Positions 1 to 8,556 are shown, counted from the first letter of the stretch. The stretch: 14,625 bases of DNA from an uncultured bacterium (GCA_963822585.1 CAWGIE010000006.1:1-14625); one strand, 5' to 3'. A program made the numbers and translations. The notes: generated by a model from the letters alone, not told the origin.

Positions 1-3
1 AGA

Positions 4-28
4 AGCCGCGAAAAAATAATCTGGTCAA
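4..28. repeat. ISAzo13 terminal inverted repeat (downstream of transposase)
   Basis: 24/25 match to revcomp of 1297-1321. Confidence 0.85.
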
Positions 29-1254
29 TTTCTTTGTTTGCGCGGAGCTATGGTGTAGTTCCACTCTCCGTGAAATTGGCTTCGTCGTAAGCGAAGACTC
101 GCCATTTGTTCGTCGCTTACCTTGATGCCCGTTTTGTAGACATTGGTGTCTAAGGCCGCTTTCACTACCAAGCCTGTTTTGGTCGTTGTGCTCGCGATCA
201 GGTCGACGATCGCTTCACGGCTCACCAGTGGTTGTCCACGCCAGTTCTGGTGATGTAGCTGAACAGGCGATGTTCGATCTTGTTCCATTTGCTGGTGCCC
301 GGTGGAAAATGGCAAACCTTCAAGCTCAGTTCCAACTTGTCTGCCAAGCCTTGCAGGGCCACTTTCCACAATCGACTACGGTGACTGTTGCTGCCACCAC
401 CATCGGCGGTGATCATCAGTTCCGCGCGCCCGAGGGAAGCGCATGCTACCCATTCTTCATACCAACGCCGGATGCTGTTGGCTGCAAAATGGGCGGTGTC
501 GTGATCGATGCCCACGCTGACCCAGCCTTGATTGTTGGCCACGTCGTAGACGCCGTAGGGAATCGCTTTGCCCAATTCCTTGTCTTGAAATCATGGACAC
601 GCACTGCTTCGGGCATGCCTTCGGGACGCCATTGCTCGCCCGGATTCTTGAAATCTCCCACCAATTCCTTCTTTTTCGTGTCGACCGAGACCACCGGTTG
701 CCCTCGCTTTTGCAAGCGTCCGACCTGCTCGTTGATGTACTCGAACTGAGCGTTGCGGTCGGGATGCTGTTTGCCTTCGCGGGTCTTGCGATTGGCTTGC
801 AGACTGTAACCCATCGCATAGAGCAAACATGCCACTGTGCGATCACTGACTGGATGATGCTGTCGCGTAAGTTCCTCGGCCAGTTGTCGCGTGCTTTTGC
901 AGGTCCAGCGCAAGGGCGACTCGGGATGGCCACGCGTCATCGGATCCACCAAAGCGTCGAGGGCGTCTAACAACTCCGGATCGTGCTCGAACCAACAGTT
1001 TACGACCACCGCCCGGACGCCGAATTTTCGAACCGGGCAAGGCATCGCCCGATTCTTGGGCTTTCAATTCACGCACGCCGGCCAGGATCGTGGTGCGGGA
1101 GAGCCCAGTAGCCTTCGCCACATGAGTAATGCCGCCCCAGCCGATTTCCAAAAGCTTCGGCAGCAGCCCATTGTCGCCGCATGCGTTCGTCCATAACAAC
1201 AGTAAGGGCTTGGAACTTTCTCCGAGTCCTTTCGATAGCAGCTGCATCATGCAT
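25..1254 (-). pseudogene. ISAzo13-family (Rhodopirellula-type DDE) transposase, frameshifted as sequenced
   Basis: Consecutive segments in different frames: MDERMRRQWAAAEA / GWGGITHVAKATGLSRTTI..RRPGGGRK / DPMTRGHPESPLRWTCKSTRQLA..SVDTKKKELVGDFKN..VRVHDF / GKAIPYGVYD..ITADGGGSN..HFPPGTSKWNKIEHRLFS / NWRGQPL..FHGEWNYTI. Indels near 1150, 990, 585, 452, 422 and 249. Confidence 0.9.
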
Positions 1255-1296
1255 ACAGATGGTAGACCAAATCCGGTCAAAATACGCAATACTAAT

Positions 1297-1321
1297 TTGA
1301 CCAGGTTATTTTTTCGCGGCT
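1297..1321. repeat. ISAzo13 terminal inverted repeat (upstream of transposase)
   Basis: 24/25 match to revcomp of 4-28. Confidence 0.85.
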
Positions 1322-1392
1322 CTACTAAATAAATACAACGAATGGCTTAGAAGCGATTCTATGCGTTTGTCATATTTTCTCGTCTCTCTCTT

Positions 1393-1420
1393 TTCACAAA
1401 TGGTCCAGTAAATATATAAT
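1393..1420 (+). promoter_or_regulatory. Candidate sigma70 promoter for the 1447 gene
   Basis: TTCACA (1393-1398), 16-bp spacer, TATAAT (1415-1420) in an AT-rich tract, followed by GAAGGAG RBS and ATG 1447. Confidence 0.5.
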
Positions 1421-1446
1421 GCAATAAATTTGAAGGAGCATGTCTT

Positions 1447-2066
1447 ATGTTTGATGACGTAGCTAAGAGTCCCCTTGATCCTCTTGATCCTGCCCAAATG
1501 CGGATTGTTTGCGATTACTGGCTGGATGCGTATGTCGAGCTTGCGGAAGCACACGACAAAAAAACTGACTGGGCCGACGTTGAAGCGACTCGTCTCGCTA
1601 ACCGAGGCCCTTGTTACACTCCCGGAAGGAAATGGCATCGACTCGACGCCGCTGGTCGAATATCTCCACCAATTAAAAGGCTTCGATTACAATCTCGAAA
1701 AAAATCTGCCAGTTCCTGGGAAAGAAGTTGACATTCTTCTGGATAGGCTGAAGCACAAGCTGCATTCAAAGTTGCCGTTGTCAGTGCCACAAATCACGAA
1801 GTTGCCAGCAGTCGTGCTCCAGAGGGCAGGGGAAGCCACCACTCGTGAATGGCAAATCCGTGAAGGCACTGACTGCCGCACAGTTCAACGTTATCCAGGC
1901 TCTTATTGAGGCGGGCGACATCGGCCTGACCAAGGATGGCCTCGAAAATCGGAGCGGCCATGGTGATGCCCGAAAGATTCTGAGCCGACTCCGGCAAGAC
2001 CCTGCTTGGGCGGATGTCATCCAGATGGCCGGTAAGACCGGCGGCGGCTACCGCATTTTGCAATAA
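1447..2066 (+). CDS. Hypothetical protein with C-terminal winged-helix-like domain; probably one gene split by two +1 indels (~1572, ~1830)
   Basis: RBS before ATG 1447. Protein-like sequence passes from MFDDVAK..KTDW to PTLKRLVSL..VVLQRAG to KPPLVNGKSVKALTAAQFNVIQALIEAGDIGLTKDGLE..DARKILSRLR..GGGYRIL. The GYRI wing resembles OmpR/SARP-type wHTH ends. Confidence 0.5.
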
Positions 2067-2239
2067 AACGCTTTTCATTCCTCACCACTATTCCCCACCT
2101 CTCTCCACTTCTTCATCGCCACGAAACCCCACCAACGTCTCGATTATTATGGGCAGCGATAGTTTCATCGTTGACTTTGCCTCTTCGTGGAGGTGGGAGT
2201 CCTGGCGACTGCTGTTATTGTTATTGGAAGGGAAAAATA

Positions 2240-2515
2240 ATGTGTTTTTCAGAAGAAGAAACTAGCTTGGTAGATGCAAATGGAAGAACAGTGGCCATGG
2301 GCAGTCGAGATCAAATGTTTTCAACGCTAAAGCACCACAAGCCTGATGGCGAATATGCCATTGTTGGGCCACGTATCAATATGACGTTCTATCGTGAAAA
2401 TGGCATGGTATTCCCATCGAGCGGATTCATTGATGGCGGCCGAACGACACCGAGGAACAAACAGGAATGCATTGAGGTTTTGCTTGAGGCTGGGCAGGAC
2501 GAAGATGTCAGTTGA
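2240..2515 (+). CDS. Hypothetical protein (91 aa)
   Basis: ATG 2240 with GGAAGGG upstream, in frame with ORF 2171..2515; overlaps the next start. Confidence 0.6.
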   Translation: MCFSEEETSLVDANGRTVAMGSRDQMFSTLKHHKPDGEYAIVGPRINMTFYRENGMVFPSSGFIDGGRTTPRNKQECIEVLLEAGQDEDVS

Positions 2516-2681
2516 AAAGGCATTTGTTGTAAAGTCGCCGGACGGTATCTCATTTGAGATTATTGGTCCCGATGGCGGGGTGGTAGCGTGGGTTTCCGAC
2601 GAGTGGTCGGCCCACGTTATCGCCAGGTTGTTGAATGAAAATGAGGAAATGATGTTTCGAAAACAAAAAGGAGAAGAATGA
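2505..2681 (+). CDS. Small hypothetical protein (58 aa, MSVEKAFVVKSPDG...)
   Basis: ATG 2505 with AGGA upstream; coupled to neighbours (ATGA overlap at 2678). Confidence 0.6.
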   Translation: MSVEKAFVVKSPDGISFEIIGPDGGVVAWVSDEWSAHVIARLLNENEEMMFRKQKGEE

Positions 2682-3058
2682 TGTACGTGACAATATTTTG
2701 CAGCGATGGTTCCGGAGAAAATATCGAGCGATTAATTGACATAGGCGATGTATCTGAAGACAGTTTTGACTCGATATTGAGAGTGAACACTCAGCAGTTT
2801 TGCGACACGTTAGGTCTAGAGCAAAAAGAATTGGCAATTGTTGGCTGGAAACGATGTGAACCAGATGTTAATGATCGTATAGATTTGGTAATGTCTAGTC
2901 CGGGCGAGGCGTGGAAGACCCAGGTCGTTGTGGATGGTGTGCCCATAATCGTGAACTTTAACAAAGAACCGAACGACAAGGACATGGTGCGAGCAGTTGA
3001 GGAGGCACTTGAAGCCGTCGGGCTGACGGGCGGGTTTGTAGCATACACATCCGAGTGA
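2678..3058 (+). CDS. Hypothetical acidic protein (126 aa)
   Basis: AAGGAG RBS, ATGA overlap with the upstream stop, globular-looking composition. Confidence 0.7.
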   Translation: MMYVTIFCSDGSGENIERLIDIGDVSEDSFDSILRVNTQQFCDTLGLEQKELAIVGWKRCEPDVNDRIDLVMSSPGEAWKTQVVVDGVPIIVNFNKEPNDKDMVRAVEEALEAVGLTGGFVAYTSE

Positions 3059-3071
3059 GTAAGGGGACTTC

Positions 3072-3276
3072 ATGATTACTAAAAGCCACAGCGATAAAAG
3101 TGCTACTTGCATTGTCCAAAATGTCGCCAGGGAATGAAGGGTGTTGAGGTCAGGGGAATAATGGTCGCTCTTGGGAGATTCTCTACGAATGCAGCAAGTG
3201 TGGCTGGTGGCGATATCGGCCCCATGAATCCAGCCAGACGAGAAGGCCGCTCGGATTTCACCTTCGAGATTCGTAG
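3072..3276 (+). pseudogene. Small zinc-ribbon protein (CPKC-x20-CSKC), frameshifted as sequenced and possibly truncated near 3227
   Basis: AAGGGG RBS and ATG 3072. Adding one A in the run near 3097 and one G in the run near 3153 gives MITKSHSDKKCYLHCPKCRQGMKGVEVRGNNGRSWEILYECSKCGWWRYRPHE. Confidence 0.5.
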
Positions 3277-3735
3277 CGGTCCATCTGTTCCCGGCTCCTT
3301 GTCGCTGAAACACATTAGAAATAAATTTGCTCCGGGTTTCGCAACAGAAGCTAGCGACTCCACGTATTGGGTTCGGGCATCGCCAGGGAAGACGTGGAAC
3401 AGCCCAGAATCAATGATGCAGTCAAATTGCCGTCCAAGTTCATCGAGTTTAATCGCATCCTGGACAATAAACTCGACATCCAAGCCCCGTTCCTCCGCCT
3501 TCTGACGTGCTTGGAGGATTGGCCCTTCCAGGAAATCAACGCCTGTTACCTTTTGGCCTCGTTCGGCCAAGAAGAGGGCATTTTCACCGGTTCCGCATCC
3601 GGCATCGAGAACGGTTCCGGTGATTTCGTCGGCAGCTTCGATGAATGCTCTTTGAGGTCTTTCGATGTCCCAGGGTGGCTTTGGTCCCTGATACATCGCA
3701 GTAAATCGTGCCTGTGGCGTTGTTTCGTCCGTCAA
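3103..3735 (-). CDS. Class I SAM-dependent methyltransferase; frameshift near 3262, credible family-like sequence ends near 3227
   Basis: PPWDI motif, motif I VLDAGCGTG, motif II VTGVDF, FDCIIDSGLFHVF, LMCFSDKEPG. The natural continuation GEIRAAFSSGWI lies in another frame. Confidence 0.85.
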   Translation of the reverse strand: MTDETTPQARFTAMYQGPKPPWDIERPQRAFIEAADEITGTVLDAGCGTGENALFLAERGQKVTGVDFLEGPILQARQKAEERGLDVEFIVQDAIKLDELGRQFDCIIDSGLFHVFPGDARTQYVESLASVAKPGANLFLMCFSDKEPGTDGPLRISKVKSERPSRLAGFMGPISPPATLAAFVENLPRATIIPLTSTPFIPWRHFGQCK

Positions 3736-3762
3736 TGCGTCTCCCCCCCCTTTGCAAAAGGA

Positions 3763-4631
3763 TTAGCGAATCCCCCCGCCAAACACGGCAAATTGCGGCA
3801 AGTGGTCGCTGAGGGCAAATGATCCCTTGTCGGCTATGTTCAGGCGGAATGCCCCCTCAAACAACGGCCTCGATTCCGTGACCTGTTTCGCAACCGGCCC
3901 CGTGGCCATGATGTAGTCGATCCGATATTTCGGCATGTCGGCTTTGATCGTCAGCCCTTGACCCTTGCCGACCTTGGCAAAAGTGTCCGTCCAACCGGCA
4001 TCGGTCCATAGCTTGTATTCCTCCGTATCAGGATTATGGTTGAGGTCGCCTATCAGGAGCATCGAACGACCGGCCTTGAGATCAACTTTCATTGCGGCCA
4101 ACATCGCCTTGATCTCTTTCAGCCGTATTGTTGGGTCCGGTGACGGATGCAGGTGTGCAGAATGCACGATCAAAGACTCCCCGCTCGGCAGTTTAATCGT
4201 GGCCCGCCCCCAGTGGCGGGTGAACAATTCCTTGGGACGGTCGTATCCAAGCGGCACATTCTTCGATTCGGTGATCTCGAATTTGCTCAGGAGCGTACCC
4301 GGCCAGTTGCCGCCGCTAGGAAAGCGGACATGGTGCATCCCAAGAAGTTTGGCGACTTCTTTGGTGACGGCCTCGCTGGGCGACTCGGAAAAGTTGATGA
4401 TGTCCGGATCGTAAAGTGCCAGTTCCATCGCCAGTCGTTTGGCCATTTGTCCTTTCTTGACGGCTTTCTTTGCCAACGGTCGGTTTTCCGGCCAACCTTT
4501 GCAGCCGTAGACGTTGTAGGCAATCACACGTAGCGGTTGCGGTTTCTCGTCGTGGGGGAATGCGGGAAGTGCATGAATGCCAGCGCAGCAGCGCCGATTA
4601 CAGTAAAGAATAGGCGTCGTGAAATACGCAT
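3763..4631 (-). CDS. Endonuclease/exonuclease/phosphatase (EEP) family protein with N-terminal signal peptide; one frameshift near 4575
   Basis: Motifs LRVIAYNV, DIINFSE, HSAHLH, LIGDLN, RIDYI, SDHLP. Upstream MRISRRLFFTVIGAAALAF (possibly Tat, SRRxF) joins ALPAFPHDEKPQPLRVIAYN through a single indel. Confidence 0.85.
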
Positions 4632-4740
4632 CGTGATATTTCTCGTTGTATGGTTAAGATCAGTCAATGCCCCCGGCAACCTAATCCCGATTCCGTGAAT
4701 GCACCGACTGCCAGGAACCAGTACTTGGCGAAAAATCAAG

Positions 4741-5415
4741 CTACGGCGACACATTCCAGACCTCGACAAACCGCCATCCTCTGCTCGTCTTCGCCACGAC
4801 GCCGCCAATGTCCCATGAAGTCTTGCACAACTTCGTTATTTCTACCGGGACCGGAATCGGACCTATCACCTTCTCGGGATCCATCATCGTTTCCAACCAG
4901 AGTTTTCCAGGCTCGATTTTCTCGATCAGGAAATGCCCCTCGACGACTTTGCCCTGGCTTGAAGGTGCGGTTTCTTCCACGAAGGCATCGAGCAGATTGA
5001 GCAGTTTGCTGGCGTTGGGCAAGTCTCTAGCCGCTTCACCTGCCCGCTCTTGATCGTATTCGGTGTCTTCGACGTAGCCCTTTTCGGAGAGCCACTTGGC
5101 CAGCTTTTTGGTAACGGTGCCAGCGGCTTGCATCGTGTCCTTGCCGCACATCACCTTCCGAGGCATGAAGTAACCGAGAAATTCGCTGTAGCCAGCGGTG
5201 GCATCTTCGGGGCCAAATGTTCCGCAGTAAGTGCCTCCCGCCTTCGTGATCTTATCGTAATCACCATCGTGACCTGGCCAGTAGCTCTCCAGGTAGTGCC
5301 TGTAGAGGCTGATGATGTTTTCGTACTTCTGCAACGTCTTGGGACTGATCCTGGTTTTCTGGTCGGCCAAGAATTCCTCGAAAACCTGGGCAATGGTCTT
5401 TTCAGATGTCTTCAT
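4741..5415 (-). CDS. Hypothetical protein (224 aa); N-terminus resembles a tyrosine-recombinase SAM-like/core-binding domain
   Basis: GGAGG RBS. TIAQVFEEFLADQKTRISPKTLQKYENIISLYRHYL follows the integrase N-terminal pattern. No R-H-R-Y catalytic domain is visible. Confidence 0.65.
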   Translation of the reverse strand: MKTSEKTIAQVFEEFLADQKTRISPKTLQKYENIISLYRHYLESYWPGHDGDYDKITKAGGTYCGTFGPEDATAGYSEFLGYFMPRKVMCGKDTMQAAGTVTKKLAKWLSEKGYVEDTEYDQERAGEAARDLPNASKLLNLLDAFVEETAPSSQGKVVEGHFLIEKIEPGKLWLETMMDPEKVIGPIPVPVEITKLCKTSWDIGGVVAKTSRGWRFVEVWNVSP

Positions 5416-5520
5416 GATAATTCCTCCGTGAAGGGAGTTGCTTTACAGATGGTCTGGTCGCTTCCGGGCAAAGGTCTGGTGGCGGGTGAGTATTGCTCCA
5501 ATAGCCGATAGTGGGGGCTT

Positions 5521-5544
5521 TCACCGTTCTGCTGTCGTGGGGTC
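5521..5544 (-). pseudogene. 3' end of DUF4242 gene (DPTTAER*), separated from the rest by IS3 copy 1
   Basis: Revcomp reads gac ccc acg aca gca gaa cgg tga, the in-frame continuation of ...TTVI at 7369. Confidence 0.85.
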
Positions 5545-5617
5545 TGTAATGGTTCAGCCTGAATTGGAAGATTGCTGGGCTCACGTTAGCGGTTAAGGAA
5601 CGCGGGCTTGGGACCGC

Positions 5618-7000
5618 TCAGGGGATTGTACTGGTGCTTGATCCTGTGACTACGGTTTCCTCTTCTCTGTTCGCGTTGGCGGCTCGGGGCAATGTTGGTA
5701 CAGCAAGGTTTAACCTCCCACACAGGTCCAGGGCGGCATCGTAGATCGACAATTGTTGGGTCGCGGCCCACAGATCCAAGGCGTTGCCCGAGCGATTGCA
5801 CTTGAAGCAGTGGAACGTGTGGGCATGTGTGTTGACGCTGAAGCAACGGGCCGTGCCCCGGTTGGTGGCGTGGAACGGACAAGAGCCGCGTTGTTGGCCA
5901 TGATGATCCGTGCGTGCCGTGAAGCCCAGCAGGGCCAACACCTGGGTGATGCTGATGGCGGCTCGCAGCGCGGCGAAGTCGATGGCAGGCCGCGATGAAT
6001 CGGCGTATGGCTCCGTCTGTTCCTGCCGGGTCTGGCGCATGTCTTTGCGGCGTTCGCGAGCCTCGGCCAGTTTGCGGTCGCGTTCGGCATGAATGGCTTT
6101 GTCGTTGCCGAGCAGTTTGTCGTTGGGCGTGATGTAGCCGATGGCACTGTGCAAGCGGACGTTGTTGTAATAGTCCACGTATTCCAGAACGAGTCGTCGG
6201 GCCTCGTCGAGAGACAGGGGCACTTTGGTGCGGATGCAGTCTCCTTTGAGGGTTTTGTGCCAGCGTTCGAGCTTGCCGTTGCTCTGGGGATGGTAGGGCG
6301 AAGTGCGAACGTGTGACATACCTGTGACACGAATGAACTCCTTGAAATCCTTGGCGATGAACTGCGGGCCGTTGTCGGAGATGATGCGTGGAGTGACACC
6401 GGGGTGACACTCACGGGCGCGTTGGATGATGGTTTGCACGTCGTTTTGCTCCATTTTCTCGCGGATTTCGTGATGGACGATGAAACGGCTGTAGCCATCG
6501 AGCACCGAGCACAGGAAGTAGAAGGTGCCGGCGATGTTGAGGTAGCTGACATCGACATGCCACTCTTGATGGGGCTTGAGGGGTTGCACATAGCCGGTGC
6601 CTTTCTTGGTGGGTTTGGGAGTGGGCCCGGCCAGGAGTCCCGCCTTTTTGAGAACGCGATAGACACTGGCCGGGCTGCAGGCAACGACATCGGCATCGAG
6701 CATCATGAAGGTCATGCGGCGATAGCCTTCGAGGGGGTTGGCGCGGGCGAAGTTGCAGATGCGTAGCTTCTCATCATCGGTGAGCCAATGGTCACGAGGC
6801 ACCCAGGCGTTGTGCTCGTTGACCTTGCCGAAGCGGTTGACCCAGTCGTGATACTTGCTGCGGGTGATGCCGAGCCAGGGCATGAAGCGTGCGACGGGGA
6901 TGTCGGTCTTGTCGCTCCATGCCCTGACGAAATCGACGATGAGGTCGCGGGTGTCGTGGGGTACCCAACATTTGGTCAGTGATCCCCAGTTCTTTTTTTT
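5618..7000 (-). CDS. IS3-family OrfB: DDE (rve) transposase with C-terminal CHC2 zinc-finger domain; predicted OrfAB fusion (7299-5618, ~560 aa)
   Basis: WHVDVSY, IISDNGPQF, SNGKLERWHKTLK (DDE), YNNVRLHSAIGYITP, then CPFH...FHCFKC...GNALDL. Confidence 0.92.
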   Translation of the reverse strand, partial: KKKNWGSLTKCWVPHDTRDLIVDFVRAWSDKTDIPVARFMPWLGITRSKYHDWVNRFGKVNEHNAWVPRDHWLTDDEKLRICNFARANPLEGYRRMTFMMLDADVVACSPASVYRVLKKAGLLAGPTPKPTKKGTGYVQPLKPHQEWHVDVSYLNIAGTFYFLCSVLDGYSRFIVHHEIREKMEQNDVQTIIQRARECHPGVTPRIISDNGPQFIAKDFKEFIRVTGMSHVRTSPYHPQSNGKLERWHKTLKGDCIRTKVPLSLDEARRLVLEYVDYYNNVRLHSAIGYITPNDKLLGNDKAIHAERDRKLAEARERRKDMRQTRQEQTEPYADSSRPAIDFAALRAAISITQVLALLGFTARTDHHGQQRGSCPFHATNRGTARCFSVNTHAHTFHCFKCNRSGNALDLWAATQQLSIYDAALDLCGRLNLAVPTLPRAANANREEETVVTGSSTSTIP

Positions 7001-7299
7001 TCCTCGGTGAGAGCCTCCATGAGCTCGGCCATGACCTCGTTTTTCTTCTGGACCTTGGCTTCGAGCTGCTGGATTTTGAGATCCTTGGCATCTTGAGCGG
7101 CCTTGGCCTGGCGTCCATCGCGGCCATTGGCGAAGGCGAGGTGGCCGTTCTCGAAGAACTTTTTGAGCCAGTCGTGGACTTGGCTGGGGTAGATGTTGAG
7201 TTGATCGCACAGATCAGAGATGGGTACTTTTTCGAGGAGATGCCGTTTGATGATGGCGACTTTCTCGTGATCGGCAAAGTGACGACGCTGCTTACTCAT
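6976..7299 (-). CDS. IS3-family OrfA (HTH + coiled coil)
   Basis: MSKQRRHFADHEKVAIIK..ISDLCDQLNIYPSQVHDWLKKF HTH, leucine-zipper-like KIQQLEAKVQKKNEVMAEL, GGAGG RBS. Confidence 0.92.
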   Translation of the reverse strand: MSKQRRHFADHEKVAIIKRHLLEKVPISDLCDQLNIYPSQVHDWLKKFFENGHLAFANGRDGRQAKAAQDAKDLKIQQLEAKVQKKNEVMAELMEALTEEKKRTGDH

Positions 7300-7368
7300 G
7301 GTAGAACCTCCGTACAGGTTATGCTAACCCAAACGCAGCGTTCTTCCAGATTCGACTGAGGCAAAACA

Positions 7369-7620
7369 GATGACGGTTGTGATTTGAGAAATGCGATTTG
7401 CTGGGAAGCCGCCCTGTTTGGCATGTTCCTGGATAGTCGCCTCGTCGGGAGCGATGTAGACGCAATAAATCTTGTCGCCGGTCACGTAGCTTTGCAGCCA
7501 TTGAATCTTCGGTCCCATACCTTGTAACACGCTACACGACTTCTGCGAAATGGCCTGCAATTCTGCCGCCGATAATTTTCCGGCTCCGGGAATGTCCCGC
7601 TCAATCAGGAATTTTGGCAT
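7369..7620 (-). pseudogene. DUF4242 (SCO4226-like) protein, 5' part, interrupted 7 codons before its stop by IS3 copy 1
   Basis: MPKFLIERDIPGAGKLS..IQWLQSYVTGDKIYCVYIAPDEATIQEHAKQGGFPANRISQITTVI. It now reads into the IS ([14 protein letters not shown], stop 7324). Confidence 0.88.
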
Positions 7621-7874
7621 GAAAGTACCCTTCGAAAACAAATGTGGCTGGAGATGAATTAGCAGACACCCGGATTGTCTCGTCGAACTGATTTTACTGA
7701 CAGCCGTTCTGATGCCGAAGGAAAATCGGCAGCAACTGAACCACGAAACCTATCTTTTTCCGCCGCTGTCGGCATTCGGTGAACGCCAAATTCTGTGACG
7801 GGCGACCGGGCCATTGTGGGCAGGAAGGCCGTGATTGTGTTGAAAGGTGAGTTGCTGGCGTGAGGGAATCGAAT

Positions 7875-8267
7875 ATGCAACATGAGACCTATTCAAGTGG
7901 CACGTCATGGGAGCCAGTTGTCGGTTATTCCAGGGCAATCAGAGTCGGCCAGTTCATCTTTGTTTCAGGCACGACCGCAACTTCCGAGGACGGCAGTATC
8001 GTTGGCAAGGGCGACCCGTATGTTCAGACTGTGCAGGTCATCAAGAATATCGAGGCGGCGCTGGAAAAGCTGGGGGCCAGCTTGAAAGACGTGGTTCGCA
8101 CAAGGATGTACGTCATGAACATGGACAATTGGCAAGAGGTCGGCAAGGCCCACGGCGAATTCTTCGGCGATATCCGGCCCGCAACAAGCATGGTCCAGGT
8201 TAGCCGCTTGATTGCACCCGAAATTCTCGTCGAAATCGAAGCAGATGCAATGTTGCGAGATACGTGA
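7875..8267 (+). CDS. RidA/YjgF/YER057c/UK114 family protein
   Basis: [66 protein letters not shown]. Confidence 0.93.
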   Translation: MQHETYSSGTSWEPVVGYSRAIRVGQFIFVSGTTATSEDGSIVGKGDPYVQTVQVIKNIEAALEKLGASLKDVVRTRMYVMNMDNWQEVGKAHGEFFGDIRPATSMVQVSRLIAPEILVEIEADAMLRDT

Positions 8268-8276
8268 GCTTCGTGC

Positions 8277-8487
8277 CTACTTTTCGGAGATCTCCCGAAT
8301 CACCCGGCATGGATTGCCAGCAGCGAACACGCCGTCCGGGATGTCCCTCGTGACCACGCTTCCTGCGCCAATGACAGCCTTCGACCCAATTCTCACGCCG
8401 GGGCAGATGATGGCCCCGCCGCCGACCCACACATCGGAGCCAATGTCGATGGGTTTGCCAAACTCCTGTTTGCGCCGAAGGTCAGCG
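8277..8487 (-). pseudogene. maa: Maltose/sugar O-acetyltransferase, 3' fragment (separated by IS3 copy 2)
   Basis: Revcomp translates as [68 protein letters not shown] (hexapeptide repeats); not in the ORF track. Confidence 0.9.
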
Positions 8488-8556
8488 TGTTTTGCCTCAG
8501 TCGAATCTGGAAGAACGCTGCGTTTGGGTTAGCATAACCTGTACGGAGGTTCTACC

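Larger units (their letters stand above)
4..1321 (-). mobile_element. ISAzo13-family insertion sequence (~1.32 kb); exact terminal 1-2 bp uncertain
   Basis: Terminal IRs 4-28 (agccgcgaaaaaataatctggtcaa) and revcomp of 1297-1321 (agccgcgaaaaaataacctggtcaa) match 24/25 and enclose an ISAzo13-type transposase. The TSD cannot be judged because the element abuts the window start. Confidence 0.88.
5545..7368 (-). mobile_element. IS3-family insertion sequence, copy 1 (1824 bp)
   Basis: Inverted near-identical copy of 8488-10311, with identity stopping exactly at the TGT...ACA ends. Imperfect 46-bp IRs (30/46). orfA/orfB with -1 frameshift. Flanks GGTC and GATG give no direct repeat. Confidence 0.95.

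Noticed and set aside
7621..7874. Riboswitch or ncRNA in the divergent intergenic region (hairpin tgccga-aggaaaa-tcggca)
   Set aside because: Only one 6-bp stem and no recognisable family motif; an Rfam/Infernal search would be needed.
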